A stretch of DNA of 64,000 bases from Eukaryota sp. TZLM1-RC. Its lineage: Eukaryota > Protista > Metamonada: BaSk clade. The stretch is from NCBI GenBank assembly GCA_040285825.1, contig JAUPSS010000005.1, positions 1,612,001-1,676,000 on the forward strand, given 5' to 3'. Positions 58,398 to 64,000 of the stretch are shown one piece after another. Every line of letters starts with the position of its first letter. Positions within the stretch are counted from its first letter, which is position 1. The notes beneath the pieces are model-generated. The model did no database searches and had not been told where the DNA came from. It saw nothing but the letters and a program-made list of their open reading frames with translations. Both the position numbers and the translations under genes were made by a program.

Positions 58398-58683
58398 AGA
58401 ATGTAATTAAATATATCAAAAACTATCAGAAAACTGCAACTCATGTTCAGAATGATGTTATTGTTGGAATTTTGTGATCTTTCCCTTCTCTTAATTGGTT
58501 GATCTCATATGATTTTGCTCAACTTAAAAGGACAAGTTTTGGCAACACTTCTTCCTTGTGAGGTTCCAATGTCACTAAACCTACTCAGACATTTCTAACC
58601 TTGGGATTAAGTTTAGCATAACAAAATCGCATCCATTGATTTTCCCAAATTATTTAAACATTGAAAATGGAACCTACAATTAT

Positions 58684-59774
58684 TTATTTTTTATTGACTT
58701 CCAAATCATGAACCAGTAACAACTCCTTGTTGTGGACTCTCGCCAAAGGATTAATGGTGGTGTTGGTCTCAGGATTACGCCTTTCCAACTGAACAACAAA
58801 TACACCAGAAATAATCAGAAACGCACCAAAAACTTGAAGAAACTTGAATAAAAATGAAACATCCTCCCATTCGTTTCGCACCGTTATTCCAGCCAAAAGA
58901 CCAAAGAAGGGTAACATGTAACCGACAAGAGTTTGGCGCACTGCTCCAATAGTTTTCAAAAGATAAAAATAGAGACCATAAGCGCAACAACTAGCAAAGA
59001 TTGCAACATAGAAAACAGAAATGATTGCTGGTTGAGATGCGTTTCGTATCTGCTCTAAAACTAAAGCAGGGTAACCAAAAAAGCCAACGATCCCAGCTTC
59101 ATAAATTGAGGCAAAGACAAAAACTTGAATGCAACTTGAAGAGAGCTGCAAAGTAACTGCTAAAGCTCCAGGTACCTTTTGAAGGTACTTCTTTCCAAAA
59201 ACTGAAGCAAAACCATAACTTGCACAAGCTAGTGGTACAAGGAAGTACCCAGGAAGCCAAACCTCGTCCCTTTCATCAGTTATCAATGCATGAAGATAGA
59301 CAGCTATAACTCCAAGAAACCCTGTAAAGATTCCCATTATACGACGTCTTGTCAGTTGTTCATTCTCAATCAACAGAGGTGCAAAGATAGCGGAAAAGAT
59401 CGGAATCCCAGAGTTCAAGATTGAGACCACACCCACGTTGACGCGAGTGGATGCTATCGCGACAGACACAAATGGTACAGTATTGTTGAAAAATGCCATC
59501 AGAAACATCTTTGACAATAGATCTTTAGATAGCTGGGGCTTCTTTATGTATGAAGGTGACATAAAAATCACAAAACCCAGAATTATAACCATAATCAAGG
59601 CGGAGCCTGTTAGACGAAGGAACACAAATGTAACGGGATTAAACCCTTCTGAGATGAGGAAAGAATTGGAAGGAAACTACCTGTGACTCCGATGTTCACA
59701 GCAAGAAAGGCAAAGCCCCATAGAGCTCCAAGAGTAACAAAAGCTAGGATGGGCAGGGTAGATAATTGCTTCAT
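58684..59774 (-). CDS. EamA/DMT-family transporter, two exons (59774-59681, 59648-58684), 352 aa
   Basis: LGALWGFAFLAV, NNTVPF, SILNSGIPIF, ACASYG, IGAVRQTLVGYMLP; splicing a 32-nt GT-AG intron joins the two ORFs as VNIGVTEGFNPVTFVFLRL. Confidence 0.88.
59649..59680 (-). other. 32-nt spliceosomal intron
   Basis: GTAGTTTCCTTCCAATTCTTTCCTCATCTCAG; removal restores frame and the EamA P..F.FLR motif. Confidence 0.85.
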
Positions 59775-61129
59775 TGATGATGTGAGACTTATGACCTTTA
59801 TTATTGACCCAGTCAATTTGTTTATTTCAAACATTAAATTATACCATTTGCACTATGAGTAACAGTGATATTAATTTTTAGGTTTCCAATCTGACGGATT
59901 GTGTTACCTAAATTTACTTAATTACCGAGATTTTGCACTGCAATTATGCAATTTTTACGGGAATTTATTATAATTGGTTTAGTCGTGCCCCACAGATGTT
60001 CTACTAGTTAAGACAAATCCTTTTATTGTTGTTGAAAGACAGAGTTTAAACTTTAAGGCTTAAATTCATATACCTCTACTCAACATGTGTACGCCTTCCT
60101 TGAACCTTCCTTGAAAAGACTTTTGCATAATGCTCATAAAACCAACACGGCTTATTCTTTGAGCCAAACAAAAGCAATTGGTTCAGTGGTTTGGTAGTTA
60201 AAATATGAGTTGAAGGAATATTCCATGTAATTACTGTCCTAAACACTCATAGTCAAAATCCTATTAATTATTGTGGTTTGAAGGAGTAACAATGCACACA
60301 GGGTCGTTGTCCATAAGAATAAGGAATGGTACAAATTGTGAAGAGAAATGATGGAGAATGGATTTTGAAGTTGTTTTCCATAAATTTCAAAAGGTCACGT
60401 CATCATGACGTAATTTTACGTAATTCTGACCGAATTGAATGTTTTCATTTACGTAGGTTTTAATCGTATTACTTTTACTAAATGAATTGTTGATTGTGCA
60501 CTTTCTTGCTTCACATTCATAAACATTATGGAAAGTGTTCAACAAAGTGGTTGCAGTATCTGTATCAGTATTGCTACTGATAAACAGAGAAGCAACCTTC
60601 AGAAATCAACAAGGTACACAATTTTTCAAAATATTGATTCCTTCAAAGTGAATGCACTAGTATAAGCAAATGGTTCACTGTGTTCAATTGAGTTCAGTGA
60701 AGATTGTGCACTCCGTTCAAGTAATTTTATGAGAGACCCTGTTGTTACCTCCAAGTCATAAATTGGAACTAGAGGATTGGCAATTACTGGGTCGAAATTA
60801 TTACAATGTTCATTGCTCAATTGTTCAACCAACATCGGTAAGGATTTTTTTAATAAACTAGGTTTTCAAAAATAAGATTGAAATTATTTATTAAATTAAA
60901 ACCCGATTTATTCCTTTAACCTTATGTTAAGGTTGTTTTTCCCACAACTTCTGTTGACTACTGGCTTGATAGTGTTTATTGCCAGTCGATTAATAGACAC
61001 TTTGGACTTAAATTATTAACTACAAATATGTCCTCTATAGAACAAATTATTGACATATAATAAAGACCAATTTCTGATAGTGGTCTTGCTGACTTGATCA
61101 TCTTAACTTTGCTTGAACTTGATTCTCAA

Positions 61130-61312
61130 ATCTCACTTGATTCTTTCAAATTCGGCACTCAGTAAATATATTTCTTGCAACAGGTCATAATTCAACGTGT
61201 CAAATATTGACTTTGACAAGATGAAGAGCTCAAGACCATTTAATGTTTCAAATTTTCCTCCCTTTGAAGAAAAACCTCTATGTAATGATCTCTCGAGCCC
61301 TGTTGTATATTC
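61130..61312 (+). pseudogene. Inverted ectopic copy of an internal piece of the WDR26-like gene (24115-24309)
   Basis: Long exact blocks such as AAGAGCTCAAGACCATTTAATGTTTCAAATTTTCCTCCCTTTGAAGAAAAACCTCT; a few substitutions and small deletions. Confidence 0.9.
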
Positions 61313-61423
61313 AACAAGGCGTGGTTATAAGATTAATTTATAAATACAAGAAACCAAAAAAGCAGAAAAAATGTACAAATGACTTAAAAACCCAAGATAC
61401 AGGTGATTAATACTTTAATAATT

Positions 61424-62857
61424 TCAAATTTTCGTTCTGTTCCGTATTTCATAAAAGGATTTCTTTTGACTATCAATAAACGATCTGAAATCACTAGACC
61501 GTTGATGACTAACAACTGATGAGTCATCACTTTCCGTTTTCGGCAGTACTGTAGAAACTTCGATTGCTGCTCTGAGTCGTCCAATTTCGTCATCTTTTTG
61601 AGCTATTTGATTTAATAAATTTTGAATTTCGTGTTGAGCATCATTATAAAGTACTTTGAGTCGAGATTCCTGTGAATTAGTAATCATCAACTCTAATTCA
61701 TTCTTTTCTATGGAAAGTCTTGCAATTTCATGCCGAAGCTCAAAAATCTGATTGGTGACGTCATGACTTCCTTTGACTTCTGAAGGGTGGTCTTCGTTAG
61801 TCAACAGTTTACAATTAACATTCAGTTCACCTTCTCGTTTATCAAGAATTTCTTCTCTTTTTTTCAAATCTTGTTCCCATTGGATGAGTCGTTCTTCCCA
61901 TTGTGACAAGTAATTTGATTGATTGTGCTGGTTATTCTGAGCTGATGATGTCATAGATGATTGAGAAAATGACTGATTGTCTGGGAAAACCTCTTCTCCG
62001 TCTACAGAGGGTGAAGGCAAATTGGAGAGGTCAAAACCATTCTCATTACAATTTTGACCTATCAAGTCATCATTCTGAGCTGTAATGTCATAATTTTGAT
62101 GAACTACGTCATCATTTTGACCAGTAACATCATATTTTTGATCTTCTATGGAGAGACTCCTTGACCTTACCTCAATGTCTTCAAAAACAGAACCCTCGTC
62201 TTCAATCTTGGTGATGTCATCATATTGACTAATCACGTCATCATTTTGGGCCGTAACATCATCATTTTGACTGGTAACGTCATCATAACTACGATCAATA
62301 TCAATAGGAACTTTTTCAAAAATTCGTGACAGATCATCAATCAAATCATCACATTTTTGCACCAAGAATTCGACCTCTTCACCGTCAGATTTAGTTTTAC
62401 TTTCAATTGTACTGATAAGGGAGGAAATAGAGAAAACATGCTCATTGCACTCTGAATGGAGAACAAGATCTTCACTATTCATTGCAGCCTCTATACCTGC
62501 CTCAAACTTGGTTTGTGCTGTGAGAAGGGTCTGTGAGGTCTTCTTGGACAGGGATCTCTCTTCATTTTGTAGGTGGGTCGAAATTTGGGTAAGGTCTTTG
62601 ATAATGTTTTCGTGATCAAAAGGAAGTGATGCAGTGGTGGTATCGTTAGCGTCTTTCCATAAAGAGAACTCGGCAGTAATGTCGTTGATGACCTCACGAA
62701 AACGGTCTATTGTAATGGAGAGCTCCTCTCTGTCAGACAGAAGGGATTGGAGGACAAGATAAACATCGTTGAAGTGAGATTTAGATTCAGCAACTGGATC
62801 TAGGGGTTCTTTAGATGGTACAATGATACTGAGCTTGTGTTTAGAAGGACTGCTCAT
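61424..62857 (-). CDS. Uncharacterised acidic coiled-coil protein with 7-aa (Q-N/Y-D-D-V-T/I) repeats
   Basis: Long ORF; WEERLIQWEQDLKKREEILDKREGEL coiled coil; YDDVTSQNDDVTAQNDDVISQYDDIT; first ATG 62857. Confidence 0.7.
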   Translation of the reverse strand: MSSPSKHKLSIIVPSKEPLDPVAESKSHFNDVYLVLQSLLSDREELSITIDRFREVINDITAEFSLWKDANDTTTASLPFDHENIIKDLTQISTHLQNEERSLSKKTSQTLLTAQTKFEAGIEAAMNSEDLVLHSECNEHVFSISSLISTIESKTKSDGEEVEFLVQKCDDLIDDLSRIFEKVPIDIDRSYDDVTSQNDDVTAQNDDVISQYDDITKIEDEGSVFEDIEVRSRSLSIEDQKYDVTGQNDDVVHQNYDITAQNDDLIGQNCNENGFDLSNLPSPSVDGEEVFPDNQSFSQSSMTSSAQNNQHNQSNYLSQWEERLIQWEQDLKKREEILDKREGELNVNCKLLTNEDHPSEVKGSHDVTNQIFELRHEIARLSIEKNELELMITNSQESRLKVLYNDAQHEIQNLLNQIAQKDDEIGRLRAAIEVSTVLPKTESDDSSVVSHQRSSDFRSFIDSQKKSFYEIRNRTKI

Positions 62858-63068
62858 GGTAGTATAGCTGGATCTTGAAGAAATATTTATTTGATTAAAC
62901 AACCATTTTTGTTCACACTGAAGGTATTTTACGTTGGATAAGTTGTGTCAGGAATAGATCAATAATTGATAACCTCAATTTAAAACTCATCAAAGGCATT
63001 TACAAAATGATCGATTTTAGTTGGTATCTGACCAATAAAAACAGAGAAATTTGGCTATTATATTATGT

Positions 63069-63140
63069 TAGGATTGTCCTAGTTCAGTCCAGGTTCGAAG
63101 ATGTTGGGTTCAGGTTCCGAACCAGTTCTGAACCAGTTCA
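63069..63140 (+). repeat. Putative hAT-like transposon terminus (partner family of 36163-36232)
   Basis: TAGGATTGTCCTAGTTCAGTCCAGGTTC followed by GGTTC/GAACC repeats. Confidence 0.5.
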
Positions 63141-63261
63141 CCGATTCTCTTTGTCTAATGTTTTTCATTGTTTATAATTCGGTTATTACAGTGACATAAA
63201 GTGAATATAAATTATCCAATAGTTAATATGCTTAATTTTTGTTTTATTTGTCATAACACAG

Positions 63262-63287
63262 CCTTATAAAGGCCATCACTAGTGAAG
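63262..63287 (-). repeat. 26-bp fragment of family-1-type LTR (palindrome + TATA module)
   Basis: CCTTATAAAGGCCATCACTAGTGAA is the exact reverse complement of LTR positions 868-892. Confidence 0.7.
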
Positions 63288-63421
63288 TGGTGAAAAAAAA
63301 GAATTAAAATAGTAAAAGGTTTATAACCAACATAATCAGAGAATTCTGGCTTGAAAACCAAATTATGAATCCGGGTTCACATTCTAATAACATCGTTGTA
63401 CAAATCATTACATAAACATCC

Positions 63422-63952
63422 CTACATCATCCCTGCCAAATACTCATTCAAAAAATTACCCAGTCTAATGTATGACTCACCATCAGGATGAACAGAGTCC
63501 ACCAACACTGGAGAAACGTTCTCCACCCATCTAACAAACTTAGTTGAATCGATCTGACTACACATTGACTCATATTCATTGTTCAATTCGGTGGAAAAAT
63601 CAAATTCTTCCCCATATCGAGATGCTGGAAGAGGCGGAATCTCTAGCAACAAAATAGTACTATTGGGTGATGTTTTGGCCAGTTTTTCTATCAACCACTT
63701 AACATTTGCAGTAATGATGGAGACGGACTGGCCTTGAAGTAAGTTGTTTGTTCCAATAAGCACAATGAACACATCTACGTTTTGACACTGAGAATCAAGC
63801 AGGGTATGTAAATGCTGTGATGTGTAACCAGGTACAGAAGCAGAAGTGACGGAAAACTGTTTTAACTGCTTCCAATAGGGAGTACAGTGGTCATTTCTTT
63901 CAGGTAGTGTGTAGCCCCATGTTAGGCTATCCCCAAGACAGTGTACACGCAT
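63422..63952 (-). CDS. SGNH/GDSL hydrolase
   Basis: CLGDSLTWG (block I), VPGYTS, LIGTNN (block III), DSVHP (block V). Confidence 0.88.
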   Translation of the reverse strand: MRVHCLGDSLTWGYTLPERNDHCTPYWKQLKQFSVTSASVPGYTSQHLHTLLDSQCQNVDVFIVLIGTNNLLQGQSVSIITANVKWLIEKLAKTSPNSTILLLEIPPLPASRYGEEFDFSTELNNEYESMCSQIDSTKFVRWVENVSPVLVDSVHPDGESYIRLGNFLNEYLAGMM

Positions 63953-64000
63953 CTATCGAATGAAGGTAGTTTTCAAAAATTAAATTAAATTTCTCATCTT

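Overview
AT-rich, gene-dense and almost intron-free eukaryotic DNA. It is most likely from a flagellated protist, given an AK8-like adenylate kinase, a CFIm25, a DRG1, a tRNA-Lys(UUU) without encoded CCA and a single 32-nt GT-AG intron. About 15 host genes are interleaved with transposon-derived DNA that I estimate by eye at nearly half the window. (i) A young, complete Ty3/Gypsy-type LTR retrotransposon (818-7727) has identical 136-bp LTRs and an AATT target-site duplication (TSD), and there is a related solo LTR at 41837-41964. (ii) A 13-kb three-layer nest (44097-57238) consists of an older LTR element inside a RING gene, hit by a CRE-like non-LTR element, which was hit in turn by a third LTR family. 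(iii) More than a dozen 5'-truncated copies or relics of restriction-like-endonuclease (CRE-clade-like) non-LTR elements come from at least five subfamilies, including a head-to-tail array. (iv) There is a TA-flanked MITE, hAT-like ends and a decayed Fanzor (TnpB-like) gene. The most unusual signals are these: the LTR elements share an atypical RT signature, and the two with an intact 5' end lack a tRNA primer-binding site and instead have a palindrome/hairpin across the U5-leader junction; one family carries an unrecognised ~600-aa Cys/His/Pro-rich subunit between RNase H and integrase; a Fanzor remnant lies next to an integrase-like relic; a RING domain is fused to a CBM48 domain; and an FG-nucleoporin-like gene is built from ~30 near-identical 105-bp units. 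Several frameshifts sit in homopolymer runs and are probably long-read errors. All family calls come from motif recognition by eye, with no database search.
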